A DNA stretch of 64,000 nucleotides. It comes from a bacterium (lineage in GTDB: Bacteria > Zhuqueibacterota > Zhuqueibacteria > Residuimicrobiales > Krinioviventaceae). Location: the NCBI GenBank assembly GCA_963674595.2, contig CAXXFV010000016.1:224001-288000 (forward strand), read 5' to 3'. Shown piece after piece: positions 1 to 10,000 of the stretch. The position numbers were made by a program, and so were the translations under genes. The notes beneath the pieces were generated by a model, which saw only the letters and a program-made list of their open reading frames with translations, did no database searches and was not told the DNA's origin. The stretch's first letter is position 1, and each line of letters begins with the position of its first letter.

Positions 1-1
1 C

Positions 2-1396
2 ACCCTGGGTCGTTCTTATCAGGATGAACCGGATATTCGTTATTTTACCAACGGGTATGCACCTGAAGGGAACCCGCAATATGAAGTTAAACATAATGCC
101 AAACCCCGTCGGTTTTTTAGAACATTAGATGGAGATCGAAATGAATTAAAAATTGACTATACCATTCCTTTTAAACAATGGCAGGGCAAGCCCGGTTCTT
201 TTAAAATGGGTGGCATGCTGGCTCAAAAGAAAAAGGATTTTAGTGAAAGAAATTTTTATTATCGACCTGCTACCGGAAATTTTGAATATAATGGTAATGT
301 AGACGATTTTTTGGCAGAATTGGGTTTTACAAGTGATCAGATTACGGAAGGCACCAATCGGTATTATGATATGGGATTGGTGTTGGAGGAACTGGCGCCT
401 CAAATTGGCTGGTATAAAGGTGAACAAAATATAAATGCCGGTTATGCGATGGTCGACTTGCCGCTTTCCAGGAAAATACGTTTTATCGGTGGAGCTAGAC
501 TGGAAACAACAGAAATGAAAGTTGAGACGGATGATGTGGGCAAACAAATGAATTTTACGGAGCACGATTTACTTCCATCTTTGAATTTTATTTATCAACT
601 GAATCCTGATATGAATGTTCGCCTGGCTTATGGAAAAACCCTGGCCTTACCTACATTTCGTGAAGTGGTCCCTTTTGAATCTTATGAATTTATTGGCGGT
701 GTTAATTATTTTGGAAATTCAGAGCTTAAACGCACATTGATCGATAATTATGATATACGATGGGAATGGTTCTCCCGTCCCGGAGAAATTTATGCGGTAA
801 GCTTGTTTTACAAGTCTTTTCAGGACCCGATCGAGAAACGTTATCGTGCTAAAGAAAAGGAAATGACATGGGTTAATGTTGACCATGCTTTGACATACGG
901 AATTGAATTTGAACTTCGTAAACGCCTTGATGTTGTTTCACAAAAACTGACTAATTTTATGGTTGGTGGAAATTTAGCACTTGTTCATTCTCAGGTTGAT
1001 ATTCCCGAATATGAAATGATGTTTATAAAAGCTATCGACCCGAATGCTTCGGACAAACGACAGTTTGAAGGCCAGTCCCCATACATTTTAAATGTAAACG
1101 TAAATTATGAAAACGCCAAAGCCGGTATATCTTCGAGTTTGTATTATAATGTGTTCGGTGAAAGACTTGCTTTTAGTACGGGTACGGCCACACCGGATGT
1201 TTTTGAGCAGCCCTTTCATTCATTGAATTATTCTTTATCCTACAAGTTTATGCCGTCTATGGGCGCCAAGTTTGCGATTAAAAACATTTTAAACTCTGAA
1301 TACAAAGAAATCCATGAGTTTAAAGGTATAGAGTATGTGTATAAAAATTATAATTCGGGGCGTACTTTTACGCTTGGTTTAGATTACAGTTTATAA
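2..1396 (+). CDS. TonB-dependent receptor, C-terminal part (5' truncated by window)
   Basis: Frame is open from position 2 (TLGRSYQDEPDIRYF...). Beta-barrel motifs (LPSLNFIY, RLAYGKTLALPTFRE, GNSELK, NYDIRWEWF, KNILN) and C-terminal GRTFTLGLDYSL. Confidence 0.92.
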   Translation, partial: TLGRSYQDEPDIRYFTNGYAPEGNPQYEVKHNAKPRRFFRTLDGDRNELKIDYTIPFKQWQGKPGSFKMGGMLAQKKKDFSERNFYYRPATGNFEYNGNVDDFLAELGFTSDQITEGTNRYYDMGLVLEELAPQIGWYKGEQNINAGYAMVDLPLSRKIRFIGGARLETTEMKVETDDVGKQMNFTEHDLLPSLNFIYQLNPDMNVRLAYGKTLALPTFREVVPFESYEFIGGVNYFGNSELKRTLIDNYDIRWEWFSRPGEIYAVSLFYKSFQDPIEKRYRAKEKEMTWVNVDHALTYGIEFELRKRLDVVSQKLTNFMVGGNLALVHSQVDIPEYEMMFIKAIDPNASDKRQFEGQSPYILNVNVNYENAKAGISSSLYYNVFGERLAFSTGTATPDVFEQPFHSLNYSLSYKFMPSMGAKFAIKNILNSEYKEIHEFKGIEYVYKNYNSGRTFTLGLDYSL

Positions 1397-1467
1397 AAAG
1401 TCCAAATTTATTTTTGGTAATGAAATAAAAAACAACAGTTAATCCTAATTAAACACAGGAGAAGCGA

Positions 1468-4422
1468 ATGAAAAAGAGGTTTACAGTCCTACTAATGTTA
1501 CTATGGCTTCCTGCATTATTGCTGGCTGTAGAAATCCCGGTAACCGAGAATGTCAGTTCAGATGTTACTTGGACGGCAGATAATACCTACATTTTAAAGG
1601 GTCGAATTTATGTTGCCAACGGCGCGACTTTAACCATTGAACCCGGTACTGTTATCAAGGCTGAGAACGGAACCGGAGCAGACATAAAATCTTTGATAGT
1701 GACCCGTGGTTCAAAGATCATGGCAGTCGGGACCAAAGATAATCCGATAATTTTTACGTCAGTAAATGATGATGTAAATGATCCTGATGATATGCCCTGG
1801 AACACGACGAATGAATGGGGTGGCATTGCAATTTTGGGTAATGCACCGATCAATGTAACAGGCGGCGAAGATGTATTTGAAGCGATCCCGGCAGGGGATG
1901 ATCAAGAGTTGGGTAAATACGGTGGTGATGATGAGAATGACAGTTCCGGTCGTATGGAATATGTATCGATACGCCATGGTGGAGCAGAAGTCGCAACAGA
2001 TAAAGAGATGAACGGATTGAGTTTGGCCGGTGTAGGTCGTGGCACAAAACTGTCCCATATAGAAGTATTCAGCAGTTCGGATGATGCTTTTGAATGGTGG
2101 GGCGGTACCGTGAATGCAGACCATTTGGTAGCGGCTTTTTGTCAGGACGAGAGTTATGATCTGGATGAGGGCAACCAGTCGAGGTTACAGTTTATCTTTG
2201 CGATACGAAACAGTGTAAAGCAGCACATTGGTGAGCATGATGGTGCTCCTGCTGATACTCCCGGTAATGAGCCAAAAGCTTACACGCAGATATACAATGC
2301 TACTTATTTAGGTGGTGGTATTGAAGGAACAGATGAAAAGTCCATGTTTCGGTTACGCGAGAACTGGGGTGGTGCTTATAAAAACTGTATATTTGGAGAT
2401 TATCACGGAACGGCCGTCAAGATCGACAGTGGTGTAACAACACCGGATTCCTATGATCGCTTAATGGCAGGCGAGTTGCTGTTTAATAATAATTTGTTTT
2501 TTAACTTTTCCGTAGGCAGTGACTGGACTTCCTTGTGTGAAGGCGGACAGTTTGTGGTTGATTACTTTTCAGATGCATCAAATGGTAATACCTTTGGTGA
2601 TCCGTTGTTCATGAGCATCAGTCGTGCAAATGATGATAATCTCACATTGGACCCACGGCCAAAAGTCGGAAGCCCTGCATATGAGAACCTGGCAGCTTAT
2701 CCTGAAGATGACGAGTTTTTTACACCAGTTGATTATAAAGGCGCTTTTGATTCAGAGAACTGGATGGTTGAATGGACAGCCCTGGAACATTATGGCTTTT
2801 TAGACGGTGAAATTCATGCCGGTGGTGAAGAAATTGCAGTGACAGAGAACATAACCTCTGACACTAGATGGATGGCAGGGAACACTTATATCTTAAAGGG
2901 TCGAATTTATGTTGCCAACGGCGCGACTTTAACCATTGAACCCGGTACTGTTATTAAAGCTGAGAATGGAACCGGAGCAGACATAAAATCTTTGATAGTG
3001 ACCCGTGGTTCAAAGATCATGGCAGTCGGGACCAAAGATAATCCGATAATTTTCACATCAGTAAATGATGATGTAAATGATCCTGATGATATGCCCTGGA
3101 ACACGACGAATGAATGGGGTGGCATTGCAATTTTGGGTAATGCACCGATCAATGTAACCGGCGGCGAAGATGTATTTGAAGCGATCCCGGCAGGGGATGA
3201 TCAAGAGTTGGGTAAATACGGTGGTGATGATGAGAATGACAGTTCCGGTCGTATGGAATATGTATCGATACGCCATGGTGGAGCAGAAGTCGCAACAGAT
3301 AAAGAGATGAACGGATTGAGTTTGGCCGGTGTAGGTCGTGGCACAAAACTGTCCCATATAGAAGTATTCAGCAGTTCGGATGATGCTTTTGAATGGTGGG
3401 GCGGTACCGTGAATGCAGACCATTTGGTAGCGGCTTTTTGTCAGGACGAGAGTTATGATCTGGATGAGGGCAACCAGTCGAGGTTACAGTTTATCTTTGC
3501 GATACGAAACAGTGTAAAGCAGCACATTGGTGAGCATGATGGTGCTCCTGCTGATACTCCCGGTAATGAGCCAAAAGCTTACACGCAGATATACAATGCT
3601 ACTTATTTAGGTGGTGGTATTGAAGGAACAGATGAAAAGTCCATGTTTCGGTTACGCGAGAACTGGGGTGGTGCTTATAAAAACTGTATATTTGGAGATT
3701 ATCACGGAACGGCCGTCAAGATCGACAGTGGTGTAACAACACCGGATTCCTATGATCGCTTAATGGCAGGCGAGTTGCTGTTTAATAATAATTTGTTTTT
3801 TAACTTTTCCGTAGGCAGTGACTGGACTTCCTTGTGTGAAGGCGGACAGTTTGTGGTTGATTATTTTTCAGATGCATCAAATGGTAATACCTTTGGTGAT
3901 CCGTTGTTTATGAGCATAAGTCGCGCAAATGATGATAATACCATGCTGGACCCACGGCCAAAAGTCGGAAGCCCTGCATATGAGAACCTGGCAGCTTATC
4001 CTGAAGATGACGAGTTTTTTACACCAGTTGATTATAAAGGCGCTTTTGATTCAGAGAACTGGATGGTTGAATGGACAGCCCTTGAACATTATGGCTTTTT
4101 AAGCGGTGACAATTATACCAATGTTGAAAATGATAAAGGTACCGCATCTCTTCCGACATTATATGGTTTGTCTCAAAATTATCCGAATCCATTTAATCCG
4201 ACAACAACGATTAATTATTCAATAAAGTCAGAAGGTCATGTAAACCTTGTTGTCTTTAATCAGCTTGGACAAAAAGTGGTTGATCTTGTGAATAATCAGC
4301 AATCAGTCGGTAATTACCAGGTTTCCTGGGATGCAAGTTCCTTCCCGAGTGGTATTTATTTTTATCGCCTGAACGTAGACGGACAAAAAATTCAAACACG
4401 TAAAATGTTGCTTGTAAAATAA
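1468..4422 (+). CDS. Secreted protein with two tandem beta-helix-like domains and T9SS type-A sorting tail
   Basis: Signal peptide; two ~430-aa copies of a WTADNTYIL...LTIEPGTVIK...DDAFEWWGG domain usually found next to TBDRs; C-terminal QNYPNPFNP...SGIYFYRL...KMLLVK; RBS AGGAG. Confidence 0.85.
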   Translation: MKKRFTVLLMLLWLPALLLAVEIPVTENVSSDVTWTADNTYILKGRIYVANGATLTIEPGTVIKAENGTGADIKSLIVTRGSKIMAVGTKDNPIIFTSVNDDVNDPDDMPWNTTNEWGGIAILGNAPINVTGGEDVFEAIPAGDDQELGKYGGDDENDSSGRMEYVSIRHGGAEVATDKEMNGLSLAGVGRGTKLSHIEVFSSSDDAFEWWGGTVNADHLVAAFCQDESYDLDEGNQSRLQFIFAIRNSVKQHIGEHDGAPADTPGNEPKAYTQIYNATYLGGGIEGTDEKSMFRLRENWGGAYKNCIFGDYHGTAVKIDSGVTTPDSYDRLMAGELLFNNNLFFNFSVGSDWTSLCEGGQFVVDYFSDASNGNTFGDPLFMSISRANDDNLTLDPRPKVGSPAYENLAAYPEDDEFFTPVDYKGAFDSENWMVEWTALEHYGFLDGEIHAGGEEIAVTENITSDTRWMAGNTYILKGRIYVANGATLTIEPGTVIKAENGTGADIKSLIVTRGSKIMAVGTKDNPIIFTSVNDDVNDPDDMPWNTTNEWGGIAILGNAPINVTGGEDVFEAIPAGDDQELGKYGGDDENDSSGRMEYVSIRHGGAEVATDKEMNGLSLAGVGRGTKLSHIEVFSSSDDAFEWWGGTVNADHLVAAFCQDESYDLDEGNQSRLQFIFAIRNSVKQHIGEHDGAPADTPGNEPKAYTQIYNATYLGGGIEGTDEKSMFRLRENWGGAYKNCIFGDYHGTAVKIDSGVTTPDSYDRLMAGELLFNNNLFFNFSVGSDWTSLCEGGQFVVDYFSDASNGNTFGDPLFMSISRANDDNTMLDPRPKVGSPAYENLAAYPEDDEFFTPVDYKGAFDSENWMVEWTALEHYGFLSGDNYTNVENDKGTASLPTLYGLSQNYPNPFNPTTTINYSIKSEGHVNLVVFNQLGQKVVDLVNNQQSVGNYQVSWDASSFPSGIYFYRLNVDGQKIQTRKMLLVK
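1594..4101 (+). repeat. Intragenic direct repeat, ~1.2 kb x2 (1594-2802 and 2893-4101; offset 1299 bp)
   Basis: Copies read nearly identical at nucleotide level; differences are mostly synonymous and near the ends (one aa change LT/TM). Confidence 0.97.
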
Positions 4423-4441
4423 GTTGGATGGCAGTTCAAAT

Positions 4442-4477
4442 AAAAGTACAGTGTATTAACGTACACTGTACTTTTTT
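4442..4477 (+). terminator. Intrinsic terminator
   Basis: AAAAGTACAGTGTA-loop-TACACTGTACTTTT followed by T tract, right after the stop codon. Confidence 0.85.
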
Positions 4478-4694
4478 AGATTGCATGTCCACACTCCTCA
4501 CTGACCCTGTTGCCAAATTTATCAGTTTTCTGCCGAAGACTCTTTACCTCATTGCAACAGGGCAGTGTGTTTTTAACTCCTTTTTATCCGTGCCAAAAAA
4601 AATGTAACATGTGATTTTTTAATGAAAAATTATTTGTTTTTTTTTATTTATTCATTATACTAAATGATAAGAAGTATAAAACAAATGGTTTTTT

Positions 4695-5651
4695 ATGATC
4701 CAAATCCGAAATATGGAAAAAAGCGATCTTCATCGCGTTAATATGCTGTTATCAAAAGCATTTACACAAGCACGAATTGATGATGGTTATAAAAACACCT
4801 CTGTGCCGATGTGTCGAAATGATTTCCTGGAATTTTATTTTGATGAATGTGGAAAAGGTGCTTTTGTTCTTGAGGATGGACGCTATATTATTGGAGTTTC
4901 TTTTTGCCATACCTGGGGCAAAACAGGCTGGATTGGTCCTTTAGCTATTCTTCCGGATAAGCATTTTTTAGGTTATGGAAAACAGCTCGCTTCCTACTCG
5001 ATAGAGTATCTGAAAAGCAATAACTGCGCAACTATCGGTCTTGAAACCAATCCCCGAAGTCAAAAAAATATGGGTTTTTATGGGAGATTAGGATTCCATC
5101 CTTCTACCTTAATGCTGGACCTTATTAAACGTGTAAAACCGCATGATCCGGATTCTATCCCTCATCAACATTTATTATTTTCTGAACAAAATGAAAAGAA
5201 TAAAGATTCATTTTTAAAACAGATAAAAAAATTAACAAAACTGGTTTGCCAAAATATTGACTATACCGAATTAATCCAAAAGTTGGGGGCACACCAATTT
5301 GGTGATACTGTTTTGTTTTATCGGAATAAAACGACAATCGGGTGTGCTGTTTTTCAGGCCATACCAACCACGGCTGAAGAAAAAAATAAAGTTTTACGTT
5401 TAATATGTTTTTTTATTCATCCTCAAACTCCCCGTTCTTACTTGAATTATTTTATTCAGGATCTTGAAAATATTACCTTAAAAATGAATTTGGAACAAGT
5501 ACATTTTCGTGTACCCGCTTATTGTCCTGATATGCTGGATATATTGTTTGAAAATAATTTTCGTGTTGCTTTTAGCGATATCCGGCTTGTTTTTGAGGAT
5601 TATGGTGAAAAAGTGGGAAAAGATATTATTTTTACAAACAGATGGATTTGA
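4695..5651 (+). CDS. GNAT-family N-acetyltransferase (tandem GNAT-like)
   Basis: IRNMEKSDL start; GWIGPLAILPDKHFLGYGKQL acetyl-CoA loop; NMGFYGRLGF. Confidence 0.85.
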   Translation: MIQIRNMEKSDLHRVNMLLSKAFTQARIDDGYKNTSVPMCRNDFLEFYFDECGKGAFVLEDGRYIIGVSFCHTWGKTGWIGPLAILPDKHFLGYGKQLASYSIEYLKSNNCATIGLETNPRSQKNMGFYGRLGFHPSTLMLDLIKRVKPHDPDSIPHQHLLFSEQNEKNKDSFLKQIKKLTKLVCQNIDYTELIQKLGAHQFGDTVLFYRNKTTIGCAVFQAIPTTAEEKNKVLRLICFFIHPQTPRSYLNYFIQDLENITLKMNLEQVHFRVPAYCPDMLDILFENNFRVAFSDIRLVFEDYGEKVGKDIIFTNRWI

Positions 5652-5652
5652 C

Positions 5653-6483
5653 ATGTCCAAAACACAATTAAAAATAATATCTGCAAGCAGACGAGTAGAT
5701 CTCGTCGCAAGTTATCCTGATCTGTTAATAGAACTGTTAAAAAAAAAGTGTCCACCCGAACGTGTTCATTCTTTGGTGCTTTGGACTAAAAATGCTGAAA
5801 ATATATTACAATACAAGCCGCTGATAAAAGCTCTTGAATTGTATGAAAATATTTATGTGCATTTTAGCATTACCGGACTGGGACAAACAATTCTTGAACC
5901 GAATATTCCACCTGTTGCCGTATCCCTTCGTTTTATCAAACCGCTGATTCAATTTTTGGGGAATCCGAAAAATTTAAGGATACGGTTTGATCCGATTGTG
6001 CATTTGAGAATGCCGTGTTATGGGGAAATATGTAATATCGGCCAGTTTGAAACCATAGCAGAAAAACTGAATCAATATAAAGTTATTGATGTGTCCACAA
6101 GCTGGATGCAGGTATATCCAAAGGTTGAAAAAAGATTGTTAAAGAAGGGTATTAAAGCGTTACCAGTCTCCTCAGAGCTTTTTTATAAAGAAACAGCTTT
6201 TTTAAATAAAATTGCAAACAAGTTTGGATTAATATTACATGGTTGTTGTGTCCCTGAATGGCCCGTCTCAAAATGTATTGACGGTGATTTATTGAATGAT
6301 TTACATCCTGCGGGAAAGGTCGTCCCTGTTACCAGGGCGAACGGACAACGAACCGGTTGTGGTTGTTCAAAAAGTTGGGATATCGGCTGGTACTATCCTT
6401 GTCAGGGTGGTTGTTTATATTGTTACGCTAACCCAATAGAAAAGAAAAATGTTATTTCATCTGTCTGTGAATTGAACTCGTAA
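5653..6483 (+). CDS. DUF1848-family protein (radical-SAM-like, C-terminal CxxxCxxC)
   Basis: IISASRRVD, WTKN, RFDPI, QRTGCGCSKSWDIGWYYPCQGGCLYCYA; ATG at 5653 directly after the GNAT stop. Confidence 0.85.
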   Translation: MSKTQLKIISASRRVDLVASYPDLLIELLKKKCPPERVHSLVLWTKNAENILQYKPLIKALELYENIYVHFSITGLGQTILEPNIPPVAVSLRFIKPLIQFLGNPKNLRIRFDPIVHLRMPCYGEICNIGQFETIAEKLNQYKVIDVSTSWMQVYPKVEKRLLKKGIKALPVSSELFYKETAFLNKIANKFGLILHGCCVPEWPVSKCIDGDLLNDLHPAGKVVPVTRANGQRTGCGCSKSWDIGWYYPCQGGCLYCYANPIEKKNVISSVCELNS

Positions 6484-6498
6484 TTTTTGGTGGAGTAT

Positions 6499-6975
6499 AT
6501 GATTTTTTTAATAATTATCGGTCTGATTATTTCAATATTAGGACTAATCGGTTGTATTTTACCGGTCTTACCGGGACCGCCGCTAAGCTTTATTGCATTA
6601 ATTGTTTTATCTATTGCAAAAGCATGGGAACCTTTTAGTCCCGAGTTTTTGCTGGGTATGGCCATTCTAGCTATTGTTGTTACTGTTTTGGATTTTGTTG
6701 TGCCATTATTTGGTGCAAAGAAATATGGCGCATCGAAAATTGGTATGTGGGGAAGTGTTGCCGGAATGGTAATCGGATTAATTTTTTTTCCTCCCTGGGG
6801 AATGCTGATTGGGACATTTTTAGGTGCCCTGGGTGGTGAAATACTTGCCGGTAAAAGAAATGAAAAAGCCCTAAAAGCAGGATTTGGCGTGTTTGTTGGA
6901 ACTATTTTTGGAATAGGGTTTAAAATAGCTGCTTCCGGTATCATGTTGTTTTATTATATTAAGGAAATGTTTTAA
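6499..6975 (+). CDS. DUF456 (YqgC-like) membrane protein
   Basis: GCILPVLPGPPL, GAKKYGASKIGMWGS, hydrophobic helices. Confidence 0.88.
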   Translation: MIFLIIIGLIISILGLIGCILPVLPGPPLSFIALIVLSIAKAWEPFSPEFLLGMAILAIVVTVLDFVVPLFGAKKYGASKIGMWGSVAGMVIGLIFFPPWGMLIGTFLGALGGEILAGKRNEKALKAGFGVFVGTIFGIGFKIAASGIMLFYYIKEMF

Positions 6976-7182
6976 CCGGAGGGAAAAAATTCGTAATATT
7001 TAATAGGAAAAATGATAAAAGCTGGTATTACTATTAATTTATATGTTGATACTCGTTAGAAAGATACGCGAGTTTTGTGTATATTTGATATTAATTTGCT
7101 ATTAACTTTTATGTTGCAATTTTTATATTAGTTTTCTATCTTGGATAGCTTGCGATAGATAGAAAATATATTGGAGAATTAT

Positions 7183-7506
7183 ATGGGAAATGCAATAGAA
7201 ATTACTGATGCCAACTTTGAAACAGAAGTCATCTCATCGGATATCCCTGTTTTAATAGATTTTTGGGCTGTATGGTGTGGCCCTTGTAAAATGATTGCAC
7301 CGATTGTTGAAGAAGTTGCCGGCGAACTTGCCGGAAAGATCAAAGTCGGTAAAGTGGATGTTGACGCTCATAAACAGAATGCCATGAAATATGGTATTCG
7401 CAGCATCCCGACTTTACTTGTTTTTAAAGGCGGCAATGTTGTTGAACAGATTATCGGAGCAGTTTCTAAAGCACAGCTTGTGGCAAAATTGGAAAAGCAT
7501 ATATAA
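7183..7506 (+). CDS. trxA: Thioredoxin
   Basis: DFWAVWCGPCKMIAP active site, IRSIPTL; GGAG RBS before ATG 7183. Confidence 0.97.
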   Translation: MGNAIEITDANFETEVISSDIPVLIDFWAVWCGPCKMIAPIVEEVAGELAGKIKVGKVDVDAHKQNAMKYGIRSIPTLLVFKGGNVVEQIIGAVSKAQLVAKLEKHI

Positions 7507-7789
7507 TTAATACCTAACAGCTTTTTAAAACAATGATTCATATTAGAAATGAATTCAGGTTTTTTATTATTTAATTTAGACTATATAACCTACAAATCGA
7601 TGGTTCCAAATATTTTTTTACCTTCCCTTATATCTGCTTTAATAATAAGGTCCTCAGAATATGTGAATTTTGCAACTTATTTGAACTCTATTGGTGATAT
7701 TCAAAAATTCTGGTTTGAGGAACATTGATGAGTAATCAACTAAAAATAGAAAAAAGATTAATTTCATATAAAGCACCAGGGGGTTTTTA

Positions 7790-8869
7790 ATGTCAAATAC
7801 CTATGCTGTAATTATGGCTGGTGGTGTTGGCAGCAGGTTTTGGCCTAAAAGCCGTAAATCGTTACCGAAACAATACCTGAACCTAATCGGTGATGAAACA
7901 ATGATTCAGATGGCTGCAAGACGTCTGAAACGCCTTGTTGCTGAAGAAAACGTACTGATTGTCACAACAGAAGATCAGGCTGATCTTGTTAAAGATCAAC
8001 TCCCCTGGATTCCAGAGGACAACCTGATTTTCGAACCTTTTGGTAAAAATACGGCCCCATGCATCGGATTATCTGCGATTCATATTAAACATCTTGATCC
8101 GAATGCTGCAATGATTGTCTGTCCCGCTGATCATTTAATAAGCAATTCCGAAAAATATCTTTCAATTCTTGCAGATGGTGTCAAATTGGTCAAAAGTGAT
8201 CCGAATTCATTGGTGACAATAGGTATTGAACCCACCTACGCCTCAACCGGATATGGTTATATCCAATCCGGTGAGCCGGTAGCCGGTGAAATTAAAGGCG
8301 CTTATAAAGTTCAGGCTTTTGCTGAAAAACCCACAACCGAAGTTGCCCGGCAGTTTTTTTCCAGTGGAGAATTTTTATGGAATAGCGGGATTTTTATATG
8401 GAATGTTGAAACAATTCTTAACTATATTGAAGAATTGATGCCGGACCTTTACGACGGACTTTTAAAAATACAAAAAGTTATAGGTAAACCGAATTATAAT
8501 AAAGTAAAAGAGACGGTTTACAAACAAATATACTCTGAATCAATTGATTATGGTGTATTGGAACAGGCCAGAAATGTTTTGGTTTTGGAAGGTGATTTTG
8601 GTTGGAGTGATTTGGGAAGCTGGGAAGAAGTTTATAAAATTTTGCCGAAAGATGAAGATGGAAACGTTGTAAAGGGCCAACCTCTGTTACGGAATGTTAA
8701 AAATAGCTATATTGAGTGTGATAGCAGACTTGTTACACTGGTCGGAGTCGAAGATTTAATTGTTGTCGATACTCCGGATGCCTTGTTGATTTGTAATCCT
8801 AAACATTCTCAGGATGTAAAATGGATCGTAGAAAAGTTAAAACACAACAAACAAAACAACCTCCTGTAA
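7790..8869 (+). CDS. manC: Mannose-1-phosphate guanylyltransferase
   Basis: IMAGGVGSRFWPKSR, PKQ, EPFGKNTAP, PADH, FAEKP, WNSGIF, SIDYG, WSDLGSW. Confidence 0.95.
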   Translation: MSNTYAVIMAGGVGSRFWPKSRKSLPKQYLNLIGDETMIQMAARRLKRLVAEENVLIVTTEDQADLVKDQLPWIPEDNLIFEPFGKNTAPCIGLSAIHIKHLDPNAAMIVCPADHLISNSEKYLSILADGVKLVKSDPNSLVTIGIEPTYASTGYGYIQSGEPVAGEIKGAYKVQAFAEKPTTEVARQFFSSGEFLWNSGIFIWNVETILNYIEELMPDLYDGLLKIQKVIGKPNYNKVKETVYKQIYSESIDYGVLEQARNVLVLEGDFGWSDLGSWEEVYKILPKDEDGNVVKGQPLLRNVKNSYIECDSRLVTLVGVEDLIVVDTPDALLICNPKHSQDVKWIVEKLKHNKQNNLL

Positions 8870-9150
8870 TTCCGGGAAGTGACGAGAAATATCTTCTGGA
8901 AGAACTTGAAAATATTGCTCGTACATTAAACATACAGGTCAGGACCGAAAAGGGAGACTTTACCAGCTCACTTTGCCGTTTGGGAAAAGAGCACATTATG
9001 TTCCTGAAAAAAGATGAACCTGTTTCGAAAAAGGTTGATGTACTTGCCCGTGAACTTGCGTTACAAAATTTGGAAAATATTAATATTATACCAGCTGTTC
9101 AAAAAATTTTAGATGAAGCAGCTTCTGTTGAAAAAAGACATGCCCATTAG
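8821..9150 (+). CDS. Hypothetical protein
   Basis: 109-aa ORF in operon context (LEELENIARTLNIQVRTEKGDF..LCR), overlaps manC end. Confidence 0.7.
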   Translation: MDRRKVKTQQTKQPPVIPGSDEKYLLEELENIARTLNIQVRTEKGDFTSSLCRLGKEHIMFLKKDEPVSKKVDVLARELALQNLENINIIPAVQKILDEAASVEKRHAH

Positions 9151-9164
9151 TAGGAGAAAAATAT

Positions 9165-9626
9165 ATGAAAAAAATTGAGCTGGAAAATTATTTTAAAGAA
9201 AAGCTTTTTATCACGGAAATGAAGGCCTCAAACAAAGAAGAGGCGCTTAGTGAATTATTGGACCTGTTTGTAGAGGGAAAGTATATAAGAAATCGCGAAA
9301 TTGTTTTAGAGATGTTGCACCAGAGAGAGACCCTTGGAAGTACAGGTATCGGTAAAGGTATTGCAATCCCTCATGGTCGTACAACAGCCGCTGCTGATGT
9401 AACCATTGCATTTGGCCTGTCTCAAAAAGGAATCGAATTTGATTCTATCGACAAAAAGCCTGCACATCTTTTCTTTATGGTAATTGCACCTCCGCATGAT
9501 GAAGGTAATACTTATCTACCGGTTTTGGGGTCTCTTGTGACAATTTTAAATGAGAAAGAAAATCGCGAAAAATTAAAGAATGTAGGATCTTTTTCAGAAT
9601 TTTTACCTATTATTTCTGGAGAATAG
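9165..9626 (+). CDS. ptsN: PTS IIA (Ntr/Fru-type) phosphocarrier
   Basis: RETLGSTGIGKGIAIPHGR with phospho-His; FDSIDKKPAHLFF. Confidence 0.88.
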   Translation: MKKIELENYFKEKLFITEMKASNKEEALSELLDLFVEGKYIRNREIVLEMLHQRETLGSTGIGKGIAIPHGRTTAAADVTIAFGLSQKGIEFDSIDKKPAHLFFMVIAPPHDEGNTYLPVLGSLVTILNEKENREKLKNVGSFSEFLPIISGE

Positions 9627-9629
9627 TGA

Positions 9630-9965
9630 ATGGTTAAAAAAGATTTAGAATTACTCGTTTCTTTACAGGATATTGACTTGATGATAGAAGAGGCGAATGA
9701 CGTTGCAAAATTAGGTTTTGCAATCACCGGATGTGATGAATTAAAAAAAGCCCGACAAGAACTTGCGACAAATATTAGCAAGCCTTTATTGTCCCGCTAT
9801 GAAAGATTACGAGCAAAATTGAAAAGAGCTATTGTGCCTGTAAAGGATGATATTTGTTTGGGATGTTTTTTGCGGCAACCGACATCGATTGGCGCTAAAG
9901 GAAGAGAAGACGAACAAATTTTTACTTGTGAGAATTGCGGTAGAATGCTTTATTGGTTGGATTAA
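9630..9965 (+). CDS. C4-type zinc-ribbon protein (short HP0958/DUF164-like)
   Basis: LQDID at N-terminus; CLGC...CENCGRMLY. Confidence 0.85.
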   Translation: MVKKDLELLVSLQDIDLMIEEANDVAKLGFAITGCDELKKARQELATNISKPLLSRYERLRAKLKRAIVPVKDDICLGCFLRQPTSIGAKGREDEQIFTCENCGRMLYWLD

Positions 9966-9996
9966 AAAAAAGCTACCAGATGATGGTAGCTTTTTT
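9965..9996. terminator. Bidirectional intrinsic terminator
   Basis: A tract-AGCTACCA-loop-TGGTAGCT-T tract between convergent genes. Confidence 0.85.
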
Positions 9997-10000
9997 CATA

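Noticed and set aside
1608-3423. Duplicated minus-strand ORFs (81, 121, 65 aa, each twice)
   Set aside because: Antisense shadows produced by the + strand duplication.
1594-4101. Diversity-generating retroelement TR/VR pair
   Set aside because: Differences are mostly synonymous and not adenine-specific, the repeat is far too long, and no reverse transcriptase is present.
5509-5652. Extended N-terminus of the DUF1848 ORF
   Set aside because: Overlaps GNAT; the family motif begins just after ATG 5653.
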